Positions 55,418 to 63,821 of a DNA stretch of 64,000 nucleotides are shown piece by piece; the first letter of the stretch is position 1, and every line of letters starts with the position of its first letter. The stretch is from a virus. Made by a program: the position numbers and the translations under genes. The stretch spans positions 78,722-142,721 of IMG/VR virus record IMGVR_UViG_3300025648_000012; one strand, given 5' to 3'. Under the pieces are notes generated by a model. The model was not told the origin of the DNA and did not search any database. It saw only the letters and a program-made list of their open reading frames with translations.

Positions 55418-58400
55418 ATGACCACACTACTTAATTTTACAAATAATGCAGTAACTACTTTAGGTGCCCTGGTATCCCCAAGCTCAACAGTAATTACAGC
55501 TACTACTGGTACTGGAGCACTGTTTCCTACCTCTAGTTTTTTCTTGGTACTTAAAAACTCTTCTAGCTATGAAGTGTGTTTTTGTAGTGCAAGAACAAAT
55601 GATACTTTTGCTGTAGTTAGAGCACAAGATAACACTACTGCTCAGGCATTTAATGTGGGAGATACTTTAGAGTACGCAATCACTGCTGCTACTTTAAGGA
55701 CTATTCAGTCAAACCTAGGCAATTACTCTCAAACAATAGCCCCCACAACTGCCACTACGCTAACTACAACTCAAGGTGGTAGTTTTGTATCCATTGCTTC
55801 TACTGGACTAACAATCCCTATTGGTTTACCAACTCCAGTTAATAATAATGGCTTAACTTACACCCTGGTAAATAGAAACACTGTAGTTTCAGTAATAACC
55901 ACATCCACAAATTTAATAATAGTTAGCGGTACTGGAGTTTCCGCATCCACACTTTCTCTAAATCCAAATTCAGAAGTTGAACTTGTTTCTGATGGTACAA
56001 ATTGGATAGCTACTTTTGTATCTGATGGTTCTCTAGTTAAATCCAACCTATACTCTGGAACTACTGGCCAAGTGTTGTTAAGTAATGGCTCTGGTAATGC
56101 TCCAACTTATGGAGCCTATAGTGTGTCTTTAACTTCGAGTCAAGTTACAACTGCTCTTGGGTATACTCCATATTCAGCAGCTAACCCTTCTAACTATATA
56201 ACTAGTTCTGGCAGTATTTCTGGTAGTGCCGGTTCTGTTGCTAATGGACTAACCATTGGCACTGGATTATCTGGTACATCTTACAATGGGTCAGTACCGA
56301 CTACTATTGCTTTAGCCAACACTGCTGTAACCTCTGGTTCTTATACGAACGCCTCTATAACAGTTAATGCTCAAGGCCAAATAACTGCTGCATCCAGTGG
56401 ATTCGGTGGTGCAGTTACCTCAGTAGCTGGTACTGCAGGGCAAATAACCTCAACTGGTGGTTCCACTCCAGTAATTGGATTAGCAAGTGGAATTGTAACT
56501 GCTGGAACTACTGGATCTTCTACGCTAATTCCAGTAGTCACTGTAGATACTTATGGTAGAGTAACGTCAATTACGACTGCTGCTAATCCTCAAGGAGCAG
56601 TTACTTCAGTATCGGGCACAGGTACAGTTAACGGTTTAACTTTAACGGGTACTGTAACTTCTACTGGCAGCTTAACTCTGGGTGGGTCTTTGAGTGGAAT
56701 TGCTAATTCCTCATTAACCAATAGCACAATATCAGGAGTGGCTTTAGGGAGTTCGTTGTTTAATTTAACTGCTGGCACCAACATTTCTTTTTCTTCTGGT
56801 ACAACTTATAATGGGTCTGCTGCAGTAACCATAAATGCAACTTCTTCAAGTTCAAACTTGTATATAGGATCTGGGTCTGGTTCTCCAACTAATCCAACGG
56901 TAGGCGCATATCTTGGTCAAGTGGCGATTGGTAACGGTGCGATAGTTTCCAGCACAGGAACGGGCGGGATTGCAATAGGCACTACTGCAACGGTAGCGGG
57001 TTCGACTAATAATGCGGTGGCAATCGGTAATTCTTACGCTTCGGGGGCGGATTCTTTTGCTGCGGCTATTGCAGACCATTCGGGGACGTTTGGGGCGCTT
57101 GCTGCTAGTTCAATAGCATTGGGCTATCAAAGCACGGTATCTTCTGCATATTCGGGGGTATCTGGCGGGTATAAAAATAGCATATCATCTGGTGGCAATT
57201 ATAACGGTATAGCTTCCGGTCAAAATAATAGTATAGCTACTGGGGGTCCTGCCAACTTTATTGGCGGCGGGGCTTTCAATAGCATCACGTCGTCAAGTTA
57301 CAACTCAATATTAGGTGGTAGTAATAATTACATACAAGGCAGTTCCCAATATGGAACAATATTAGGGGGATATGGTAATTACATTACTGCAACTTCTGGC
57401 GGAGTCGCCTTTGGTACTTATGCAAAAGCCACCGGATACAACCAAGTTGCTTATGCCTCCGGCTCGATAGCATCTCCGGGCGACTCACAAATTTCTTGGT
57501 ATGTTGTTAGACGCACGACAAATAACGCTACGCTTACATCTTTATATCCTGATGGTGCAGGGAATTTTGTCTCGCCAATAGTTCAACCCTCTCAAGCATT
57601 GTCCTACGAAATAACTGTAGTAGCTCATGTTGCATCTTTTATTATAAATGTAGGTTCTAGCCCTACTGGAATAGTCGTTGATACATCCGGCAATATTTAT
57701 GTTGCAAATTCTGGTTCTGGTACTGTTAGCAAGATTGCTTTAGGAGTAGCTAATAACACTTGGGCAACGGTTGGTATTAACCCTTACGGAGTGGCCCTTG
57801 ATTCTTCCAGTAATGTTTATGTGGCTAATTACGGGTCGGGTACAGTCAGCAAGATTACACCTACAGGGGTAGTTACTACCATTGCATTGGGAGACAACCC
57901 CTATGCAATAGCTGTGGATTCTTCCGGTAATGTTTATACGGCTAATTTGGGTTCTGGTGCTGTTAGTAAAATTACATCAGCTGGAGCAGTTACTACAACA
58001 TGGGCTACAGTTGGGGGTTCACCTCGTGGCATAGCCATTGATTCTTCCGGTAATGTTTATGTGACCAATTCTGGTTCTAGCACTGTTAGCAAGATTACAC
58101 CTGCCGGTGCGGTTACTACAACATGGGCTACTGTTGGAACCGGCCCCAGTGGAATAGGCATTGATACATCAGGCAATGTTTATGTGGCTAATACTGGGTC
58201 GGGTACTGTTAGTAAAATTACATCAGCTGGAGCAGTTACTGCAACATGGGCTACTGTGGGTTCTAGCCCTACTGGACTAGTCATTGATACATCAGGCAAT
58301 GTTTATGTGACAAATTATGGCTCGGGGACTGTTAGCAAGATTACATCAATCGGTGCGGTTACTGCAACATGGGCTACTGTAGGTGCTAACCCTTTTGGAA

Positions 58401-58732
58401 TAGCCCTTGATTCTTCAGGCACTGTTTATGTGACTAATTTGGGGGGCGGTTCTATTAACAGAATTACATCAGCGGGGGTGTTAGTCAGCTCTGGGGCGGC
58501 GGCGACATGGTCGTCTATAACGCCCGGGTTGGTTTACAACGATGGCGGAAAGTTAAACAATATCGCACCTACATTTTCCCCCATTGTTTCTACGGGGGGG
58601 GTATGGACGGGTGCAGGTGTATCGGTAACTACTTCTGGTACTAACCTAATCGTGCAAGTGACACCACCAACTTCAACAACCGACACTATCCACTGGGTAG
58701 CACGTATTAGAACCGTGGAAGTTACCAACTAA
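55418..58732 (+). CDS. Long tail fibre / adhesin with YadA-like repeats and an inserted NHL block
   Basis: NF.NNA.TTL...VVRAQ..T.A..F..GD N-terminus, TVNAQGQIT and TVDTYGRVT repeats, AIG and GG..N repeats, ends IHWVARIRTVEV. Confidence 0.85.
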   Translation: MTTLLNFTNNAVTTLGALVSPSSTVITATTGTGALFPTSSFFLVLKNSSSYEVCFCSARTNDTFAVVRAQDNTTAQAFNVGDTLEYAITAATLRTIQSNLGNYSQTIAPTTATTLTTTQGGSFVSIASTGLTIPIGLPTPVNNNGLTYTLVNRNTVVSVITTSTNLIIVSGTGVSASTLSLNPNSEVELVSDGTNWIATFVSDGSLVKSNLYSGTTGQVLLSNGSGNAPTYGAYSVSLTSSQVTTALGYTPYSAANPSNYITSSGSISGSAGSVANGLTIGTGLSGTSYNGSVPTTIALANTAVTSGSYTNASITVNAQGQITAASSGFGGAVTSVAGTAGQITSTGGSTPVIGLASGIVTAGTTGSSTLIPVVTVDTYGRVTSITTAANPQGAVTSVSGTGTVNGLTLTGTVTSTGSLTLGGSLSGIANSSLTNSTISGVALGSSLFNLTAGTNISFSSGTTYNGSAAVTINATSSSSNLYIGSGSGSPTNPTVGAYLGQVAIGNGAIVSSTGTGGIAIGTTATVAGSTNNAVAIGNSYASGADSFAAAIADHSGTFGALAASSIALGYQSTVSSAYSGVSGGYKNSISSGGNYNGIASGQNNSIATGGPANFIGGGAFNSITSSSYNSILGGSNNYIQGSSQYGTILGGYGNYITATSGGVAFGTYAKATGYNQVAYASGSIASPGDSQISWYVVRRTTNNATLTSLYPDGAGNFVSPIVQPSQALSYEITVVAHVASFIINVGSSPTGIVVDTSGNIYVANSGSGTVSKIALGVANNTWATVGINPYGVALDSSSNVYVANYGSGTVSKITPTGVVTTIALGDNPYAIAVDSSGNVYTANLGSGAVSKITSAGAVTTTWATVGGSPRGIAIDSSGNVYVTNSGSSTVSKITPAGAVTTTWATVGTGPSGIGIDTSGNVYVANTGSGTVSKITSAGAVTATWATVGSSPTGLVIDTSGNVYVTNYGSGTVSKITSIGAVTATWATVGANPFGIALDSSGTVYVTNLGGGSINRITSAGVLVSSGAAATWSSITPGLVYNDGGKLNNIAPTFSPIVSTGGVWTGAGVSVTTSGTNLIVQVTPPTSTTDTIHWVARIRTVEVTN
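57641..58486 (+). repeat. NHL-like repeat block (about 7 units) in the second tail fibre
   Basis: P.GIA.D.SGNVYV.N.GSGTVSKIT repeats. Confidence 0.9.
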
Positions 58733-58751
58733 TAAAGGAGAAATCCTGGCT

Positions 58752-59051
58752 TTGAATGTTCCTAACTTATCATTACCAAGTGGTCTAAATGTTACCAGCG
58801 CCTATGCCGTAATTGCTGGTTTTGCAAAGGCGGATGATTCTACAGTGAGAATCATGATTGCATTTTATGCGTCAAAAAACGCTTTTTCTTCCGGGTTGCA
58901 GGCAGTTTACAGCAAGGACTATCTGCTACCAATTAGCAGTCCAGAATCGGCGCTTCAATCTTTGGTAGTTAACGGGAATATTAACCTGTTGAATGTGATA
59001 TATTCCAATCTGCAAACTTTGCCTGATTTTGCTAATTCAACCCTAGTTTAG
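58752..59051 (+). CDS. Small tail-fibre-associated protein (putative chaperone)
   Basis: AAGGAG RBS. G..V..AY..I...Y..L..LP.F pattern typical of genes following fibres. Confidence 0.6.
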   Translation: MNVPNLSLPSGLNVTSAYAVIAGFAKADDSTVRIMIAFYASKNAFSSGLQAVYSKDYLLPISSPESALQSLVVNGNINLLNVIYSNLQTLPDFANSTLV

Positions 59052-59104
59052 TAAACTGTAAATAAAGATGTAGCAGAATTAGTAACCAACTTGAGATTAA
59101 GTTC

Positions 59105-59353
59105 ATGTCAGATATAGCAGATGATGCACAAAACACAGAACAGCAACTCTTAAAGGAAGCTGTGTCTATAAGGTTAAAAGTTCAACGTAGAACTGGTAAG
59201 TGCTTAAATTGTGGGGAATGTACCTGTAAAAAATGCTCTAAAAAAGGTCTACCTCATTGCAAAGAAAGTGAAGTAGAGAAGCACAATCCTCCCGCGTACT
59301 GTGATGTTTTCTGCAAGGAAGATCATGAAACCCGTTTGAGGTTTAACCGCTAA
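59105..59353 (+). CDS. TraR/DksA-like C4 zinc-finger protein with an extra Cys-rich insert
   Basis: MSDIADDAQ...CLNCGE...YCDVFCKED. Confidence 0.7.
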   Translation: MSDIADDAQNTEQQLLKEAVSIRLKVQRRTGKCLNCGECTCKKCSKKGLPHCKESEVEKHNPPAYCDVFCKEDHETRLRFNR

Positions 59354-59354
59354 A

Positions 59355-59864
59355 ATGACTATACCTTCAAATCTTTTAGTCTCAAGTTCTAATTTTGATA
59401 ACGCATTAACTTTTGAGCTATTAGTCAAGTTAAATTCTACGGTATTAGAAAAAGTATTTTACCCAGGAATATCAGATTCCAATGCTACTTCTTATTACAA
59501 TAATTCAAATCTAATTGCTGGTAGTTTGGGAACTAGCGGAATTTCCTACAACTCGATGTACACTATTCCTCCAACTAACTCAATTTCAGCTGGATTTTTA
59601 ATAGGAACAGGTATTCTAATAGTAACAACTACTTTTCCGTGTACTGTTCTTATTGGAAGTAATTCTTTTAATGTAAACAGCTTACTAATAACCGAAGTCT
59701 CTAGTTTCGTTCCTTTGCCGTTTTCTCTATCTGCAGGGCCATTAACTGCTTTCGTAGAGGTTTTTACTTCTATTGAGGTTACAGGGGTTGGCGCCTCTCC
59801 TATAACTTCTACGGATGTACTTGGATTAGCAATTTTGGGCCAAGCAATTTTAGGACAACCTTAA
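59355..59864 (+). CDS. Hypothetical S/T-rich protein (possible virion protein)
   Basis: Beta-rich composition, ends LGLAILGQAILG. Confidence 0.55.
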   Translation: MTIPSNLLVSSSNFDNALTFELLVKLNSTVLEKVFYPGISDSNATSYYNNSNLIAGSLGTSGISYNSMYTIPPTNSISAGFLIGTGILIVTTTFPCTVLIGSNSFNVNSLLITEVSSFVPLPFSLSAGPLTAFVEVFTSIEVTGVGASPITSTDVLGLAILGQAILGQP

Positions 59865-59875
59865 CTGGAAAAATA

Positions 59876-60211
59876 ATGACTATTATTGAAACAGCATCAA
59901 CTCCAACAAATACTCTATCTTTTGACCTAACATTGTGGAAGGGAGAGTCCTCCTTTAGAAGAAATCTTGGTCAATTTACCGCAATATACTCAACAACTGC
60001 TACTCAATTTAATACGCTATCCATTACTGCAGGTAACACGCTAACAGTTAACTGTAAAGTTTTAATGGTATCAACGGATACTCCTATAACTATTACTTGT
60101 GGTACTGTGGTTTATACTGTAAATTCCTTTATTTTTATTGACTATGTACCAACAAGTACTGCAGTAATTGCAGCACCTTCCGGCGCTAACGTAACAGTAG
60201 GAGCAGGTTAA
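59876..60211 (+). CDS. Hypothetical T-rich protein (possible virion protein)
   Basis: 111 aa, loosely similar to the preceding protein (LTF.L / LSFDL; VNS.. segment). Confidence 0.55.
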   Translation: MTIIETASTPTNTLSFDLTLWKGESSFRRNLGQFTAIYSTTATQFNTLSITAGNTLTVNCKVLMVSTDTPITITCGTVVYTVNSFIFIDYVPTSTAVIAAPSGANVTVGAG

Positions 60212-60212
60212 G

Positions 60213-60479
60213 ATGAAATTGCAAGCAAATTTGGGAACACGTTGCTATGAAACCCTGGAAGCAATTAAGAATAACACCAAACCAATAACTGTGTATTTTA
60301 TACCAAATACTGGAGTTTTTGAATTAACAGTTAATAAAACTCAAGATATAGGTTCCTGTTTAATAGTAGGAAAATACACTAAAGCTATTGTTTCCGCAGA
60401 GGTTTTAATGGAGGACATGAGGGAAACATTAGCGGATTCAATTAGGTTAGAAATGAGAAATGAAGTATTAGTACATTAG
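60213..60479 (+). CDS. Hypothetical protein
   Basis: 88-aa ATG ORF in the operon. Confidence 0.55.
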   Translation: MKLQANLGTRCYETLEAIKNNTKPITVYFIPNTGVFELTVNKTQDIGSCLIVGKYTKAIVSAEVLMEDMRETLADSIRLEMRNEVLVH

Positions 60480-60495
60480 GTAGAGTACATTAGGT

Positions 60496-61263
60496 ATGGC
60501 ACAAAACACATTAACTTCTTATGAATTAAGAATACTAAAACTAGCCCTTCCTATACTCAAAAAGCTAATAGAACCTAGTAAACCTAAAAGTGGAAAAACC
60601 CAATTCACCTCCTTGGTTTTTGGTTCTCATAAGAATGAAAATGTCAGCCAAACTAAAGCTCCAGTAGAGTTATACGCAGATGGTTCCTACTCTGTTCAGA
60701 CAAAAGTTGGAGGGTGGGGCGTGCTCCTACTTAAGGGCAATAGGCGAAAAGAAATAAATGGATTTGTGCCTTTGGGGCAGTCAGCCTCAAGAATGGAATT
60801 AGTAGCTATACTTGAAGGGTTAAAAGCATTAAAAACCACGTGTAATGTAATAGTACATTCTGATAGTAGATACGCTCTTGGAGCAATGACAGGCAACAAA
60901 GTAAATGCTAATTCTGAATTAGTAAAAGCGCTAAAGGAAGAGTCACTAAAGCATTCTGTAGAATGGATTTGGGTTAAAGGACATGCAAGTAATGCAGGTA
61001 ACATTGTAGCTGATAAGCTAGCTTCTCAAGGGAGAAAACTTGGAGAAAACTCCAAAGTATTTTTGCCTAAAAAAGAAAGAAAGGCTCATAGAAAGCAGCA
61101 AGTTAAAAAGAAACAGTCTAACATCCCTTCTAGTAGAACAAACTTAAGTAAAACGCAGCAACAAGTTTCTGCATCAAAACTTGTAGTTGAGAAGAGAAAG
61201 AGAAAATTGGAGTTAGCAAACCTAAAAGCAATTACAAACGATACTCCTTTTACTACAAGTTAA
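60496..61263 (+). CDS. rnhA: Ribonuclease HI with N- and C-terminal basic extensions
   Basis: YADGS...GGWG, RMEL.A, HSDSRY, WVKGH..NAGN..AD.LA. Confidence 0.92.
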   Translation: MAQNTLTSYELRILKLALPILKKLIEPSKPKSGKTQFTSLVFGSHKNENVSQTKAPVELYADGSYSVQTKVGGWGVLLLKGNRRKEINGFVPLGQSASRMELVAILEGLKALKTTCNVIVHSDSRYALGAMTGNKVNANSELVKALKEESLKHSVEWIWVKGHASNAGNIVADKLASQGRKLGENSKVFLPKKERKAHRKQQVKKKQSNIPSSRTNLSKTQQQVSASKLVVEKRKRKLELANLKAITNDTPFTTS

Positions 61264-61276
61264 AATGTAACTGCAC

Positions 61277-61305
61277 TTGACAATTTACAAAGGTTACTAT
61301 ATAAT
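61277..61305 (+). promoter_or_regulatory. Consensus sigma70 promoter
   Basis: TTGACA (61277-61282), 17-bp spacer, TATAAT (61300-61305), intergenic. Confidence 0.88.
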
Positions 61306-61356
61306 CAAGTTGTAGAATACTAGCTATTGGATTTTTGTAAATAAAGGGGCAGTTAA

Positions 61357-61509
61357 ATGGGCATAACAAAAATTAAATCCTCTAAAATAATTCCAGACAT
61401 TGGAAATTCCGTAATTGACGCTGCCTTGCTACATCTAAATTATTACTTAGTAAAGGAAAGCTACACGCAATCGAATCTTACAATGGTAAACAGGTTTACA
61501 AGGAGGTAG
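61357..61509 (+). CDS. Small hypothetical ORF (50 aa) downstream of the sigma70 promoter
   Basis: AAGGGG then ATG 61357, MGITKIK...NRFTRR-stop. Below the ORF-track cutoff. Confidence 0.35.
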   Translation: MGITKIKSSKIIPDIGNSVIDAALLHLNYYLVKESYTQSNLTMVNRFTRR

Positions 61510-61692
61510 TCCAACAAGTTTTGGATACTACGTGCTTTATGACTTGGAAGAAAAGGCTATTTTGTACTTTGTGAGATACCGTTTAATAAAAGCTAATAAA
61601 ATTAAAATGGGTAGACAAGTACTAGTATGGAGAAATAGAAAAAGCGTAGCTGCAGCAGGGTTCCCTTATTTTAACCAAAGGAGAATAAAGTC

Positions 61693-61941
61693 ATGATTCA
61701 AGTACTAATTCAAGGACCAGAACATTCCAAAAAAGACTGGGTAGTTTTAACCATTGCTAAAGCATTAAGAGAAATGGGAGCGCAAGTATCCGTTCTTGGT
61801 GAGGATACCTACATGGCTCATAAAGCTACAGCTAACATTGAGGAATTTCAATCTAGATTGACTGGTCAAGACATCGTAGTAGCAGAAGTAAGAACTGGCA
61901 AAGTTCACTTGAGATCAACTAAAGAATACGCAGAAGATTAA
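61693..61941 (+). CDS. Hypothetical protein with a degenerate P-loop-like N-terminus
   Basis: AAGGAG RBS. VLIQGPEHSKK...IAKALREMG. Confidence 0.6.
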   Translation: MIQVLIQGPEHSKKDWVVLTIAKALREMGAQVSVLGEDTYMAHKATANIEEFQSRLTGQDIVVAEVRTGKVHLRSTKEYAED

Positions 61942-62101
61942 AAAGGAACTTAACCTTAGCTATTCTAAGCAAAACTTACCCAATTACTTCCGTGGAAGAG
62001 GCAATAGAAGTTCTTTTAGTACTTAACAACATAAAAGAACTGCGAAAAGAATTGGTTAACTTGGGTTTAATAGATGTAATATAGAAGATGCGATATAGAA
62101 C

Positions 62102-62147
62102 ACTAACGCTTACCTCGGCACAACTCTACGGTAAGCGTTAGTCTTTT
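62102..62147 (+). terminator. 13-bp perfect hairpin followed by a short T run (terminator or processing hairpin)
   Basis: ACTAACGCTTACC (62102-62114) pairs with GGTAAGCGTTAGT (62130-62142), then CTTTT. Confidence 0.6.
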
Positions 62148-62157
62148 AATTAGCTAG

Positions 62158-63386
62158 AACCACTCCTAGCTTTGTGTAGTAGTGGGGGTGTTTGCCGCAG
62201 GGTGTGTTTCGCGGGGCACCGTAAAAACAGGATGTTTCACTGAGATAATCTTTGTGAAGAAGTATTGCTGAGAAGCATCACTTTCTTGTAAAGAACCAAG
62301 GCTCCATACTTAGATGCCATAGGCTATTAACTACAGTTATGGTATTGGTCAGTTTAAGAACATAAGCGCTTTTTGTTAAAAAAGTACACACCAGTTAACG
62401 GTTATACGGCCCTTGAAAAAGGTGTCCAAGGTCAAACTCCAAGACAAGAAGGCTGCCTAGTTACGCAGCGACCCGTTAACTTCACAATATTGCGTAGTTT
62501 AGTTAGGTATGCCGTTTACGGATAAACATACTTAATCTGTTTACAATCAAACTACGCACAGGTTTATATCTTGTACGCCTGAGGTTCTAGCCCGCTCTTG
62601 GATGTAGCGGTAAAGGTAGCACTTTGGCGCCTATTGTAATTCTTAACAGGTTGCAGTAGGGTCGGAAGATTGGGGAGGTTCAGTCCCTTAGCTAAAAGTG
62701 TCGTATAGCTTTGTTAAAATGTCCTATACTTAGAAGAATCAGGCTCCCGACATTCTTAATGCTCCAATCGGCTTAAGAGTGGGCCAAAAGCACAACAGGG
62801 ACCTGCGGTGGGATTCGTCCTTTTTCAGGAAGGGCGGTGTAACATAGAGCATAGTGTAACAGGTAGTGAGAAAAGAGAGTTTATATAGTTGATGCGGCTA
62901 AACAGCTTAAAAAAGCCAGCGTAAAGTTAAAAGTAGTGGAAAACACCACGAAAATGCCAAATTGGTGAAAGCTAAGGCGGTGCGCCACACAAGTGGATAC
63001 AGACTCAAAACATTATTTTGTTCTAGCGGTGAGGAATCGTTCTCGAAAAGGTAGTAGGCTGGCAGAGTTTAGCTGAAATCTGAATGTTATTGGATACCAC
63101 CCCTGCTTTGCTTACGCGTGATGCGGCAAAGTAGGAACCGTACTTGATTCAGGTATGGCTGTTTTACTGACTAATCAAAGAAATGTGACTCGGATGCGAG
63201 CGTTTCGGTGGTTGGTTGGGCTGCATTTCAAGCAAGACCTATGTGCAGATGCTGCGGCGGAGTTAACTTTGGGGCGACCAAACCCGTGTAGCAAAGGCAG
63301 TAATCACGCAACCTACTGAACCGGTGCCGGTGCCGAGTGGAATAAATATGGAGTGAGCCGACTAATCCCACTCCATGCTCACTTTT
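62158..63386 (+). ncRNA. Candidate large structured non-coding RNA (about 1.2 kb, boundaries approximate)
   Basis: No ORF of 60 aa or more on either strand from 61942 to 63374. Many helices with G-U pairs on the + strand and three GNRA-capped hairpins. Confidence 0.75.
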
Positions 63387-63573
63387 GTGTTAAAGTGTCC
63401 ATTTTTATTGAATTTTCAAAAAATTGCATATTTTTATATGCTAATTTTGAAGCCTTTTAAGGGGGATATAACCTGCGGATTAAGGCCTCATGGAATAATG
63501 AGGAAAGTCAGTACGAGATACAGTGAGAAAATGGAAGAAAAAGAGAAAATAAATGAAGAAAATGGGAAAATTA

Positions 63574-63700
63574 AGGAAGTGAGGCTAAAAAAAAGAGTAA
63601 GTTAGGAGAGAAAGTGGAGAAATAGAGGAAGTGAGGCTAAAAAAAAGAGTAAGTTAGGAGAGAAAGTGGAGAAATAGAGGAAGTGAGGCTAAAAAAAGAG
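63574..63700 (+). repeat. 52-bp purine-rich tandem repeat (about 2.4 copies)
   Basis: AGGAAGTGAGGCTAAAAAAA.. starts at 63574, 63626 and 63678. Confidence 0.9.
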
Positions 63701-63720
63701 AAACTGTAAATATATAGAAT

Positions 63721-63811
63721 ATAGGTAATAGTGGTTATAGGTAATAGTGGTTATAGGTAATAGTGGTTATAGGTAATAGTGGTTATAGGTAATAGTGGTT
63801 ATAGGTAATAG
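63721..63811 (+). repeat. 16-bp tandem repeat (5 full copies plus a partial)
   Basis: ATAGGTAATAGTGGTT. Confidence 0.95.
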
Positions 63812-63821
63812 GGAGAGATAA

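Noticed and set aside
759-61004. Other short minus-strand and nested alternative-frame ORFs in the ORF track
   Set aside because: They overlap well-supported + strand genes and show no recognisable motifs or RBS.
1-61941. Stop-codon reassignment (alternative genetic code)
   Set aside because: Conserved genes are full length in the standard code, and TAA, TAG and TGA all end genes.
52597-63386. Diversity-generating retroelement targeting the tail fibres
   Set aside because: No reverse transcriptase ORF, and I found no template/variable repeat pair differing at adenines between the non-coding region and the fibre 3' ends.
62158-63386. tRNA cluster, tmRNA, RNase P RNA or group I/II intron
   Set aside because: No cloverleaf with GTTCRA and a CCA end, no tmRNA termini, no GAGGAAAGTCC, no domain V hairpin or P7 pair, and no interrupted host gene. 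This was judged by eye, so a covariance-model search is still needed.
63375-63605. 76-aa ORF after the candidate RNA
   Set aside because: No RBS, it starts inside a hairpin and runs into the purine-rich tandem repeat, so it is probably spurious.
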